64,000 bases of DNA from Tubulanus polymorphus (taxonomy: Eukaryota; Animalia; Nemertea), in contig NC_134031.1 of the NCBI RefSeq assembly GCF_964204645.1, positions 5,704,001 through 5,768,000 on the forward strand, written 5' to 3'. The notes beneath the pieces were generated by a model. That model worked only from the letters and a program-made list of their open reading frames with translations, ran no database searches and was not told the DNA's origin. The position numbers and the translations under genes are program-made. Below are positions 27,661 to 39,996 of the stretch, piece after piece. Numbering within the stretch: the stretch's first letter is position 1; every line of letters begins with the position of its first letter.

Positions 27661-28266
27661 TCAGGAAGAATTCACTGGATGTCCTGTTACGGTCGTTAGG
27701 TCGTAATAGAATTGAATCGCATCGACGTAGCCGTCTTGCCCTTTTAAGTTACCGACTTTCGGAAGGACGGCCAGTTCCGTGAATCCCAGTTTCCGCCATA
27801 ATCTAAGCGAAGCCACGTTGCTTACGTAGACGAGGTTGAATAGGCTGGCTCGGTAGCCCAGATCACGAGCTATGTACAGATAATTCCTGCCCATGAACTG
27901 TCCGACCCCTCGTCCGCGCGCCGCGTGGTCGACTATGAAACCCCCGTTGGAGTAATGCGACGATCGTCCCGGGTAGTTCGGTTTCACGTAGAACGCCCCG
28001 AACACTTTACCCGTATCGTAGTCTTTGCAAACAAAAACGTCAAACGTCGTATAAAACGCTCGGAATTCTTCGACCGAGTCCACGGATTCCTGCGGATAGG
28101 CATCGCCATCTTCTACGATGCGTTTCAATATTCTATGAAGATCGGCCTCGTGTTCTTCCGCTTTATATAGGTCTATAACCGCCTGGCGGCCATCTTTTAA
28201 TTCACCGATTATAGGTAGGTAGGGAATCGTAGCAGTCGACTGTCGAGGTTTCATATAGTATGCCAT
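27661..28266 (-). CDS. GNAT N-acetyltransferase, Mpr1/Spt10-type (L-azetidine-2-carboxylate acetyltransferase-like)
   Basis: 201-aa intronless ORF with GDAYPQ, GAFYVKPNYPGRSSH..NGGF, RGRGVG (acetyl-CoA motif A), LGY.AS.FNLVYVSN.AS..LW.KLGF as in yeast Mpr1; tttcag acceptor a few nt upstream of ATG (5' UTR intron). Confidence 0.88.
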   Translation of the reverse strand: MAYYMKPRQSTATIPYLPIIGELKDGRQAVIDLYKAEEHEADLHRILKRIVEDGDAYPQESVDSVEEFRAFYTTFDVFVCKDYDTGKVFGAFYVKPNYPGRSSHYSNGGFIVDHAARGRGVGQFMGRNYLYIARDLGYRASLFNLVYVSNVASLRLWRKLGFTELAVLPKVGNLKGQDGYVDAIQFYYDLTTVTGHPVNSS

Positions 28267-28672
28267 GTTTGGCTGAAAGTGAAGAAATCAGACATCCAAA
28301 TTAAAATAGCAATTGATTTTCAAAAGAATTTCTTATCAGTAAATCTATATAATTTTACTCCTGCGTGATCTTGTCCCCAAATCACAAAACACAATTCAAT
28401 CGTTTGGATGTATAATGAAATATTGCATTGAAATAACGAGTGCAAATCTATAGCTTAGGTTTAGATGATTTAGGCTTCAAATATAGAGCCTTGACTAGTA
28501 AACGTTTTATATAAAACATCCATGCAAAGAAATCATTTCTGATTTATCGTTCATTACTATCGAATCCTTTACGTTTATCATGATAATATTTTGTACTTAC
28601 TCTTTGCAACGATTTTCCTTGCATATAAGATATTGAAATATCCGAATCAACAGATTATAGACACGTCGTCCG

Positions 28673-28933
28673 TTTAGTAACTCTCTTATAAGCAAAACTA
28701 CATTTTTTCTTTTGTACCGGTCACCAGTTATCGGTAGAAACCTACAAAGATAACAAGTATTATTTATACTTCACGGATTGCATTCGTACACATTTGGATT
28801 TTGGACATTGCATTTAGTAACTCTCTTATAAGCAAAACTACATTCTCTTTTGTACCGGTCACCAGTTATCGGTAGAAACCTACATAGATAACATGTATTA
28901 TTTATACTTCACGGATTGCATTCGTACACATTT
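28673..28933 (+). repeat. Tandem direct duplication (about 120-bp unit, period about 140) upstream of GNAT gene
   Basis: tttagtaactctcttataagcaaaactac...cacggattgcattcgtacacattt occurs at about 28673-28795 and 28813-28933. Confidence 0.9.
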
Positions 28934-30844
28934 TTGTGTACTAAAAAGTTAGCGATTTTCACAAATCTCATAGACGATAGACCTAGATGTTTGTTGTACT
29001 ATATCAAGCAGAGATAAACCGAGTGACAGACTGATATATATATATGTATATATATGATATCACACCGTGTTGAAAATTAACAAAGTTTTTGGCGCCCTCC
29101 TAAGACGTAGGGCGTTGGAAGCAATTTTTTATTGCCGCGGCCAAATGCCGATTTTGGACAGATTGTAAATATTGCCGCGGCGAATTTACTTAATTTCTTC
29201 GATCAAAAACGCGGTATTCTAAGAAAAATAAAAAGTCATTCAATGAATTATTGCCGCGGCTTTCCCCGCTGCAGTCGCTGCGCTTCCAACGCCAAAACTT
29301 TCCATAAGCCACTACGAATGAGAGATGTTAAACAGTCACACAAAACGTCATCGAAAGTGCATTGTACTTTACGAAAGCAGTTAAAAAGTAATTAACCCAC
29401 TTAATACTGTAACCTACGAGGCACTGTTCATGCGGGTTCAAAGCAACAGGGTGCGGCAAACACGAAACAGCTGCTTCCTTCCTGTCATTCCTAAAAGCAG
29501 AAAATTTGATAATGACAAATTATTGCAAATAATATATAACCCATGGACTGACACCTAGTGAAAAGTTATAACATTTACTTAATGACAGCTGACGTATTGT
29601 GGGTGATGCCTAACTTTAATCTACACCATATCCGAAGTGACCATGGTGTCCCTGGACCCCTAGTTACATGAAAATAATCCCCAAATAAACAAACCTCCAT
29701 GTCACATTTCACCTATATGTATATATTACTACATTCCCCATTTTCCACCAGGCGCCAATATTTTCTTCGTAAGTATTTTTCTTGTTATTTCAATAGCTCA
29801 TTTTTCATTACCAAATTCGACAATCATCAGGGTCTAAATTGTGGTCTGATGGAATTGATCTCCAATGTTGTGGTATCGCGTTGTAAATATATAACTGTGG
29901 ATACTATTATAATACCATGGATTCTAAGGCCTAGCTATTTTTCCAGCATGGATAGTAGAAAGAAGGCCTGTTTCCACTATCCATGCTGACATCTATATTA
30001 TCTCTGTTATCCATCATCTTTGCACTAAATATTGTTGATTATGTACCTGTCAAGTTTTCTTTGACAACAAAGTTTCTATTGATACATGTTTTCGTGTGTG
30101 TTTATTCCTTTATCTTGAACTAGGGATTTATTTATTCCCTCTTAATATTTTTGGTTTATTGACTTGATTTGACTAAGGTTATTTTGCGCAAACGTTGTCC
30201 GCCACGAGGGTTCATTTGACTTAGGGTGACTTAACGGAACAAAACTAGAATACACAGTTATGTAATAATGCAAACCGGTGTTGAATAAAAATTGCCAATT
30301 TCATGTATTGAAACTGAATGAATCCATTTAATTTTCGGATGATCCGTTAGAACTTGTCTTAATTGCCTAATTTCGCAGACCCGTTCGGTCACAATGAGGG
30401 TTCCCGAGTAGACACGCATGATCAGGATAATGTGAGCAGAGACTATTGGACTTATACTCAAGAAGGCACTGAAATCGCTAATTTCAACTCAATTAATATT
30501 GATCATTAGACAACTAGTGTCACTTGCTCGAAACGAAATTGTATAGATAGATATCTATGCTGAGCATAACGCCAATAAATTTGAATTGGTTTGCCTCCCT
30601 GGCCAGCAGTACTGACTTCTTCCTCGACAGCAACACAAGTAAGTTTTTGAACATCTATCTGAACCGCGTTTTTCAGTGTGTAGTGTAGTTGATCGATTAA
30701 TAGTGATACAAGCAGCAAGTGCTTTTTAAAAGTACAAATTATCAATTATTTGTACTTTTTCCTTACAGCATATTCTTCGATCTGGCATAACCTCCTTTTC
30801 AGGCATTCGGTCTCTGACGCGATACACCTCAGATTACAGAAATC

Positions 30845-32476
30845 ATGAATACAGTGTGTTATGCAGTTTTATTAGTGGTTGTTGTAACTACCGTTCTAGC
30901 TATTCCGCTGCCCAAAGGTAAAATAGAGATTTCAGTTTTTCTCTATATTCTGTGTTCATCCGGTATCCTTCAAAATCTAGTCACGCATTACTAGACGTTC
31001 TTAAAAAACGCTTATGCTCCTCATTTCTGAAGATGACTCGACTCGTGGTACATGTCAGTATATTCATATCGCAAAATCTTATATTTTCAGGTGATGGCAA
31101 AAGCCATGAAAGTAATACGACGAAATATGAAAGGATTCTGAACGATTTGTTGTCAAAGCGGCGCTTGAGGAGTGAAAAAACAGCGAAACCAGAACAGACT
31201 GCTAACTACAAAATATGTAAGCGAACAAGAAACTAGAATCTATGACGATTATAGATAAAGTTGCATTCATTATTTTCCTTCGTTCCCGCGAGGGAAAGTT
31301 TGACGACGTTAACTAGTATGGTCGTCAGGTCGACAAGAGCCCGGTTTAACATGAATGATGGCGTATCGCGATATCACTAACTGGGATGGTTATCGGGATG
31401 ACAGTCATCGTAGTAATTACACTTAAGCATGACATATAGACGGTTTACGTCGATTTCACAGCGGGCAATTTCACTCCTGTCCAGAAATTACGCAAAACAC
31501 AAATTCAGATACTTCCGGCAGGATTTTTCGCCGGAATAAAGCCAGAAATATCCGGAACATCTATTTCCGGAAGATTTTTGGCCGTCTCAATTAATACTTT
31601 GTAGAAGACATTTTCCAATCCGCTTTATGAGATCAAGATGTCGTCTACATTTTTACATCAATACATGTATAAACGCTTGTACTTATTTCAATATGAAATT
31701 GCTACTTGGTTTTTATGATACAAACTTACATAGTAGGGGATGCGAATTCTTGTGAAATCATTATTTAAGTAAAAGCTGACTCAAATGAGGCAGCGTACAG
31801 TGAAAAAACAGTTATATAACACCGTTTATAAACAGTCGAAGTCTGTTATAACACCACGCTCTCTTAGCGCAGACGTGTTTCAGAGAACAAATTTGCTCAA
31901 TCTCAGTTTCGATGAAATACCATTCTTTACAATATGCCAGATTGGTTATAACGCCATATGTCTCAGGGTCCCAAATGGGAAATAAAAATGACTGACTGTA
32001 AATAACAACATCTCGTTCTAATTGTGAGTTTTCATTCAATCTATAAATTCTGGCCCAACGATGGCTGGTTATTGACGGTGGGTTGTTGGTGCACTATAAT
32101 CGTCGCGTTTATATCGTTTATTTTCATATTGCAGTGAATGATAATTCGAACGAATGGGGAAGTTGGTCGGCTTGTAGCGAAACGTTCGGCGAAGGCATAC
32201 AGGAGCGTAGACGGAAATGTCTGAATAATTGCGCGCGAGTTCTTCAAACCAGACAAACAAGACCTTGTACACATCTGAAATTTAACGTAAGATTCTAAAT
32301 TTTAATCCATGTTAATTCAAGTACAAAATGATATGATCAATATCCAATATCCAAACGTCAATGATACACCAGCAAACATTTATGTGAACATTTAAAATTT
32401 CATACTGTAGGCCCTATCAGACTTTTATTTTCTATTTCAGATTCTAATTGTCGACGGACAGTTAAAAGTTTACTAA
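30845..32476 (+). CDS. Small secreted pre-pro-protein with one thrombospondin type-1 (TSP1) repeat
   Basis: Exons 30845-30917 (MNTVCYAVLLVVVVTTVLAIP signal), 31091-31216 (pro-region with KRR), 32135-32286 (EWGSWSACSETFGEGIQERRRKC), probable 32441-32476; phases join correctly. Alternatively ends at TAA 32298 without the last splice. Confidence 0.72.
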
Positions 32477-32994
32477 ATGGTTCAGCTATTCCGCAATAAT
32501 GACCACAGATATACACCACCGCGAGAATTTCATATTACTTTCAAACCTCATAAATCCTTTCAATACTTTCTTTTCTCTAATTTGCCAAAAAGTTTGTTTT
32601 GCTGGTTTTCACATTACCGTTCCGTACAGTATGACGTATACAATCATCCGTATGCAGTTTGTTAATAAATCAGTTTTTGTCAAAAACCTTTCGTTACTCT
32701 TAAGTTTTAGGATATGGATTCGGAATTCACAATGATGATTCTAAAAGGGTTGACCCAAAATATTGCCAACGGGTGGCGATTTTTTTCGCTGGCACCGGAT
32801 GACAACAACAGTACATTCGAAACCCACGCACCCGAATCGTGTCGTGTCGCACCGCGAATTGATTGAAATTGGAAATCAGATGTGATATGTAACATAAAGA
32901 TTACTAAAGAATTGCATTTGAATTGAATTGATGGTGGCAGCACCTACGGGTATTAGGTCTGAGTCGTGCGAAATAGCTCCTACAACATTTAACA

Positions 32995-35900
32995 ATGGCG
33001 GCCGTGCCGAACGACACGCAAGAAGAAGATGCGTCAGAATTACAATTTCCAAGCGGTAAATATCGTTTCAATATTCAGAAGATGATACATTTGAATCGGC
33101 TGCTTCTGTTCAGTGCTGGTTCTATTTTAGTCGAGTGGATTTCTGCTAGAAATAAGCTATTAAGATCAAATCCGGATCGCACTTTCGACTTCCGGGTTCG
33201 TTTTCGGGGCTTTCGCCTTTCCGCTTTTTGATCCTCCTCCAGTGCAGTTGTAGATCTGATAGGAAACATGTGGGGTAAAGTAAGAGGACTTGGTTTCCAA
33301 TGTGGTGTCAGTACGCAGGGTTGTGGTTAGGAAAGGGATATAACCAGGACAGTCCAGAGAGGGACACCTAAAAACTGCCCTCACCCGCCCAATTCAAACT
33401 ACTGTCTGTCTGTCACACCTGCTCCCCGTGTTGGTCCGTAATTTCGTTAATAAACAGTTTATCTACCTTTATTAAGCATCAATTTGTTCAGCGAGGACTT
33501 TGCATTCAGAAATAAACAACAATTTCTACTAAAGTTGTTTTTGTTTTCATTTATAAACGATAGTTTACTCAGCATACACTCGCGTAATGCTGAAAAATCC
33601 GTTCCGCGGACGCTCGATCGGAAACGTTACAGTGACGTCATCCCCTGCTCATTAGCATATCAAAATACAGTAGGTGGCGCCACATGACGGGCCATAAAAG
33701 CCGTTTTTCAGCATTATGCGAGCGTATGCTAGGTAAACTATCGCTGATAGATGAAAATACAAACAAATCTATGCCACTTCATGATTTATTTCTGAATGCA
33801 AATTCCTTGCTGAACAAATTGATGCACAATATTTAGAGATAACCTGATTATTAACGAAATTACGAACGAAAACGTCGCACGGAGAGCAGGTGTGACAGAC
33901 AGTAACTAGTAGGGCCCAGGCAGGCAGGTGATATTTGTCGATTCCTGTTAACGCTGTTTTCCGGACAACTCATTCTTATTGGGTTATTTACATGGCACAC
34001 GTGCACTGGAGTGTGTGACTTTTAGAAAATAGTAAGAACCGAAATATTGCGGATAGAGCAGTATTTGAGCCCGGGCCAGCATATTGCTAGGCGTATCATC
34101 TCTACACTAGACCTCCGAGGGAATCCGACCAAATGATTTAACTACTAACTACATATAGCACTCGACCTACCCTCGCTCTAAAACAAACGGTAACCCCTAA
34201 ACATAATAAGACAATTTTATTGTTACTTTTATTAATATATGTTTTTACATGTAGATGTTAACAAAATTCAGCATTTACTAAAACGATGTGGCTCCAGTTA
34301 CGGTTTTCGACAGCTCCGGTTACGGAGTACGGTTAGCGCATGCGCAATACAGTAGAATTCTGACTTGCAATGGATTTGAAACCGAACGAAAAAATAGTAG
34401 AGTGCTTGCCCACTGAGCCACAGTACACGACTGGAAGCCGGATGAGTTCATTTATATATAGCCTCACCTAACCCTATTCTTTCACGCATGCGTGTATGTA
34501 GATATAGTGCAGATTCCCGCATAACAGGAGCCAGTTTGTTACTTAAATAATGCTGCATCGGCAAAATATCCTCTTCCATCTATCATAGCTCAAGCTAAAC
34601 AGCTTAGACCAAATAGAAAAAATTGTTGGTCTTTTTTTTTCCAAAAAAAAATCTTGGGTATGGCGGGAGGTTTTTAAAAGTTTTTTTGTTAAGATTGAGT
34701 GTCGTTTATGATATACGATCGATAAATAAAGCAGGTTTTCAATCGAAATGATTGAAAACCTGCTATTTTATTTTAACTTTATTAACTTTTTTATTTTAAC
34801 TCTTTATCTTAACTCCAACTGTGTTACTAACTAAGCGGACCAGCGATGATATTGAATAAAAATGTATTATGTTATATGATATTGTATTGTAGAATTTGAG
34901 AATGCTGAATCATTGCTCGTCTCCGAGGTGAAAATGTTACTGGAACATCGGAAAACGCAGAACGAAAGCGCGGAAGAAGAACAAGAATTATCGGAGGTTT
35001 TCATGAAAACGCTGAATTATACGCAACGAATCAGCCGATTCAAAAACCGGGAGACCATCGCCGCCGTCAGAAAGTAGGTCTTTTACCTCTTCGTCTCTGC
35101 TTTCGATGACTTCTTTTTCGAATGAGGATAATCATGGAATTCGGTACATGAACCCTTAAACCACGTCTACACTAGCGCGTTGAATATGGGTTTCGATGTA
35201 CCGGGGTTCGATGAAAACCTGCGTTTGCAGCGAGTAGCATCCACACTTAACGGTAGTAAGAATGTAAGAACCCATCTCAGTTCAAGGTCAATTGTGGCAC
35301 CCGAACGCTGCATTGAACACGAGTTTACCATCTATACTAGAGAAAATGTTTATTTACGCGAACGCGGGCTCAATGCGTTGTGTACCCTTCTTTATCAAGA
35401 AGGGTTTCCTAAAACCGGGGTTTCGCGGAAAACTCTGCATTGAACTTGTGTGCATTGGACTTATGTTACGAGCGTAGTAGAGATGCATAACCCGGGTTCA
35501 AAATTCTAGTGTAGACGTAGCTTATATCTAGAAATCTAATTAGATTAACATGAAGCTTTCAATCATCGTTGACTATGGCTTATATTCGAGTCAAGTACGC
35601 TTTGAATTTTGATAGGAAATCATGTACCAGGGATTTGAAATGATCTTACTCGAAGTTTTAGGATTATTTCAAATGGTGAAATGTGAAACAGAAAATAGGG
35701 GTCACAATTATTATCCTAGAATCTCTCTTTTAATCAATACTCTCTCATCAGGTTACAATTGTTTTCATTCATTCGATTTTCAGCACTTTAATGCAGAAAA
35801 AGATGTTACATAAATTTGAACTGGCGGCGCTGGCGAATCTATGTCCGGAAACTGCCGAAGAGGCGAAGGCGCTGATACCCAGGTTAGTAAATCCGAGTTC

Positions 35901-36479
35901 AGCAGGGTGGCTGCTGGCCGGAAAACTCAGGGAATCAGAAAAATCTTAACCAATTTTACCAAAAACCTTGAAAACTCCGGGAATTTGGATCTTGTTTTTG
36001 AGTGTGTGTTTCAATCAGTACGTTATTCACTGAAAAATGAATGAATTATGTAACATAAACCTAGAAATTTCTCCGATTTACTCAGGAATTTTACCAAAAA
36101 CCTGGAAAACTGGGGGAACTTGGATATTTATTGATTGACCATGTGTTTCTTTATCAGTACGTGATTCAATGAAAAATGAATGAATTGTAACAGCTTTTAC
36201 CTGGAGAAATTTTGAGTAATCACATAGTTAAATCGGGGAAAACGCAGGGGATTGGTAAATCCATGGGTGGAAAGTGAGCATCTATTCAATGCAAAGTGAA
36301 ATATTGCTTCGATGACCTTTCACTACCCGCGAGACGGTAGATGTGCAAATGTTCGAATTAGCTTCGGTTTATACGAATGCTGATCGTGTTTTCATTACAG
36401 TTTGGAAGGTCGTTTCGAAGACGACGAGTTACAAAGCGTGTTGGACGATATTCAAAATAAACGCAGTTTCCAGTATTGA
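32995..36479 (+). CDS. POLR2D: RNA polymerase II subunit RPB4
   Basis: Exons 32995-33055, 34893-35073, 35784-35882, 36401-36479: [24 protein letters not shown]...[49 protein letters not shown]. Confidence 0.97.
33406..33902. mobile_element. Fold-back MITE in POLR2D intron 1
   Basis: ctgtctgtcacacctgctc ... gagcaggtgtgacagacag termini; internal arms also complementary over about 190 bp. Confidence 0.8.
35157..35524. mobile_element. MITE (Harbinger-like, TAA/TTA flanks) in POLR2D intron 2
   Basis: TIR taaaccacgtctacactag ... ctagtgtagacgtagctta. Confidence 0.7.
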
Positions 36480-37140
36480 TCCGCATTCAACAAAACGTGA
36501 AAAATATTCAATTGGACTGATAGGTGTAAACGCATTTAACACGCAGCTGTAAGTTTCTCTCGAGGAAGGTTGCGCACTATTGATACTCGCACTTAACAGT
36601 GGTTTGAATGCACTGTGTTGGCGACTGTTCGTATTACTGTAAATATTTTGTAGAATAAATTTTTCATCGAATGAACTTTCGCGTGTTATTTGCTGGATTT
36701 TGCTCAAGTTCTTAATAATTGGAATATGAAAGCTTTTTCTGAGAACACCCAGTTTCTTCTTATGACGATTCAGTAGTTGGAGATAAAGGAAGCCATTAGT
36801 GCATGCACACTGCAAGGGGTAAGCGAGTGAGGGGTATGAATTCACAAGAACAAATTCACAATTTCTCGGCCATATTTTGGATAATTCACGATCCATCGCT
36901 GCGGAAGATGAAGCAAACTTCAACAAAACTTCAATCCTCTTAAAACCCGACGTATGTACCTTTTGACATGGTTTTGAAGGGTAAAACCGGCCACTCCACA
37001 TGTCGTTTAGGAAACTACCTTTTTAAGGACTGCCTCATACCGGTGTCATTTTAAAGTTTACAGGTTCGAATTTTGGTCGAGTAATAATCTGTGTGAAAGT
37101 TGTCAAATAAACACTATAATCCGTGTATACTGTAGATAAT

Positions 37141-37334
37141 TGAAGAAATGCCACACTTCGAATTTAAATTATATGATCAAATTTATTATTATGAAACCAC
37201 AACGTTTCGGCTGTTGACTAACAGCCATCATCATTCCACCTGATGATGGCTGTTAGTCAATAGCCGAAACGTTGTGGTTTCCTAATAATAAATTTGATCG
37301 TATAATTTTAAGTTCGAAGTGTGGCATTTCTTCA
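37141..37334. mobile_element. Penelope-like element terminus as inverted repeat (about 93-bp arms, 7-nt centre)
   Basis: Arms 37141-37233 and 37241-37334 nearly perfectly complementary; contains ctgatgatgg...ccgaaacgtt motif characteristic of Penelope pLTRs; 17-bp direct repeat taatctgtgtgaaagtt at 37085-37101 and 37337-37353. Confidence 0.75.
37236..37277 (+). ncRNA. Minimal type-I hammerhead ribozyme motif (Penelope-associated, dimer type)
   Basis: CCAC (helix I) - CUGAUGA - extra U - GGCUGUU/AGUC/AAUAGCC (helix II) - GAAA - CG - UU - GUGG (helix I partner); helix III is only palindromic ACGU. Confidence 0.7.
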
Positions 37335-37756
37335 TTTAATCTGTGTGAAAGTTTACTGCAAAAACGTCAAGGCCAACATTTTGATCTTAAACATTAACTC
37401 CTAAAGCCCTACATGTTCACCATATTGAATCAACACCTGAAGAAGACTTGTGTGACAGTCGAAACAGTTGGAAATAAATTGTTAAAAAGAAACCTAGAAA
37501 TCAATCACTCGCGACGAATAGAATTACACAAAGTTAGTATTTTATTGAAATATAAAGAATATTTCGTACGTACAACAATTTCAATTTTCATTCTCAGAAA
37601 TCATAGACCCGAATGGTTTTGCTTCGTCGCTGCTGGAGGTGTAAATATACTCAATGCAAGTAAATTAACCGAAGACCTGCCGAATAATGCTGCATGAAAA
37701 AAATCACGAATTACTACAACCATCAACAATAATCAATAACACAAAAAAAAAATATT

Positions 37757-37980
37757 CAGGGCTGCCAACTTCTGAAAAGTGCTATCAGTAACGAATTGAA
37801 TTTTTTTCAGTAACATTTCATTGATGTATGAAAGAAAATCTTCGATTAATCATTAATCAATGATAAGACCTTCAGTAATATCTTTCAGATTTCTGTACAA
37901 ATCAAATTATATTTTTATAACGGTATTTCTCGTTATAAAATAGTGACAAATACCGAAAATCAGGGACAGGTGGCAGCTCC
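37757..37980. mobile_element. hAT-like MITE (CAGGGCTGCCAAC terminus); second copy at about 44594-44806
   Basis: Inverted termini cagggctgccaac / ggtggcagctc; shared internal aaagtgctatcagtaac...cagtaacatttcat with the copy in the MTP intron. Confidence 0.7.
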
Positions 37981-38162
37981 GAAAATGTGGAATTCTTTGC
38001 TCCTCCGAGGTAAAATGTTTGCGAAAAATGGCAAAATCTGCCTAGGCCTAGTTTTACGAATTGCATACATAATAACCACTATAACATAATACAATATTTG
38101 AGAACCACTTTTCAGTGATAATATATCACAAACTGCCGCAATAACCTAACCATTCTCTGAAA

Positions 38163-38169
38163 TATATAT

Positions 38170-38225
<56 letters not shown>
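38163..38225. repeat. (TA)n microsatellite
   Basis: Directly visible. Confidence 0.97.
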
Positions 38226-38231
<6 letters not shown>

Positions 38232-39455
38232 AGGCTAAGAATTACCCTTTAGACCAATTGAATAAAGCTCATACAAAAAAAATCCATTTTTAAATACAAT
38301 AGAATAACACAAACTCGTCACATCTTAAAGTAAAACAAAAAAATTCTTACAAGTTACCGGGTACTTCTTTAAAGAGTTAAAACAAAAAATTCTCATACTG
38401 GTTAAGTGAAAATGTACCTTGAAGGAATTGGGCAATTTCTTTCTAAGGTTTTCCGCCTGATAAGCGCGTTAGTATAAACTGTACAAAATATGAGTTAATT
38501 ACAGTACCCGACTGAATTGAGAATTTCTATATCGGAATATTTTTTTTCTTCTGAGAGAGAGAATGCATTAGAGACCAATGCGGTCGATTGACACGTTTTC
38601 ACAGATCTGATTGGTCAAGACACAACATAATCATGGACCGATTAAAAACCGTTTCACACAGAACACAAGAATTGGCACTAATCATACTATAAATGGTTAA
38701 AAATAAAATAAAAAAACAGTCATACCCGCTTAATCCGGATTATTTTGAACCATTGAAATTAATCTGCTTGAAGTAAGCATTCCTTTTGAATACATTTACA
38801 TAAATACAATAATCAACACCGCTTGGCTGCAGAATTGGTGGGACCGAAAAATCTTTTCCCCAAGGCAAACGAACTCCGGGTTGGTCCGAGCAATGATGGA
38901 TCGTCATCACAATGATTTTCAATAGAAATGTTTCAAATATTTTGACTTTGTGTACCCGATAATCTGAGGCAAAGCAGGAATCTACTGCAAATAAGATCTA
39001 CAATCTGAGGTGTTTTTAACCCTTTCAGTGCTGACTATTTAATACCCTATAGTGCTAGAGATAATTTGAAAATTTTAAAAAATTCCACCCTAGTGTGTTG
39101 AATAACGGGAATACCACTTTAGTGCGTCTACACCGTGGCGCGGTGTATCGTTAGTTACTAGTGCATCAAATTTGTCTTCTTGTTACATTTATGAACTTCG
39201 AGTAAATTCATTAACAAAATCAAACAGGAGTGATTCAATTCATGATATGGTCGCCCGTAATGACAGGGTCCCTACGGATCGGTCGTTCCTGGACCCAGTT
39301 CTGCAGTTGTTAGAGTTAGAGTTAACTCTTCTGAGTTAAAGTTCGCTAATTTTCTATAAGTTTACTCAGAGTTAAATCTTAACTCGGAACTGTGGAACTG
39401 GACCCTGGATATGAGGAGTTATAATAGAGATAATTTCAAGGAGTGTCTGCATCAC

Positions 39456-39755
39456 TGCTGGACCCATATCCGCAGATATTGGTCAGACTGAAAGAAAATG
39501 AACCGTTGAACTGGGTGCTGGACCCTATCCGCAGATATTGGTCAGACTGAAAGAAAATGAACCGTTGAACTGGGTGCTGGACCCTATCCGCAGATATTGG
39601 TCAGACTGAAAGAAAATGAACCGTTGAACTGGGTGCTGGACCCTATCCGCAGATATTGGTCAGACTGAAAGAAAATGAACCGTTGAACTGGGTGCTGGAC
39701 CCTATCCGCAGATATTGGTCAGACTGAAAGAAAATGAACCGTTGAACTGGGTGCT
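39456..39755 (+). repeat. Tandem array, 59-bp unit x5
   Basis: Unit tgctggaccctatccgcagatattggtcagactgaaagaaaatgaaccgttgaactggg; copies 2-5 identical, copy 1 has a 1-nt insertion. Confidence 0.97.
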
Positions 39756-39996
39756 ATAGGCCGCCATTCTCTCTGTTACAATCTTCACAATTGTTTTTAA
39801 CACAAATAGGCTGAGATTAGCAAATCTCAATTCATTGAACATCAAATCGAATTAAGAATTTTTATCGACTTGACTCTGTTGTAATACAACGTTTCTGGAT
39901 GAAAGCGATAATCTAGATTAAGCGGGTTTGACTGTGGAGGTATTCCGATATCAGTTACCGGCGCATTTCACATATAACATACAAAAACAGCATACC

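Noticed and set aside
27661-28266. Bacterial/fungal contamination explaining the GNAT and MATE genes
   Set aside because: Contiguous with spliced metazoan genes and host repeats; upstream splice acceptors present; no operon structure.
36429-37001. 190-aa minus-strand ORF overlapping the POLR2D 3' end
   Set aside because: No recognisable motifs; antisense to last exon/3' UTR; likely chance.
39456-39755. Possible CRISPR array
   Set aside because: No unique spacers (pure tandem units), eukaryotic context, no cas genes.
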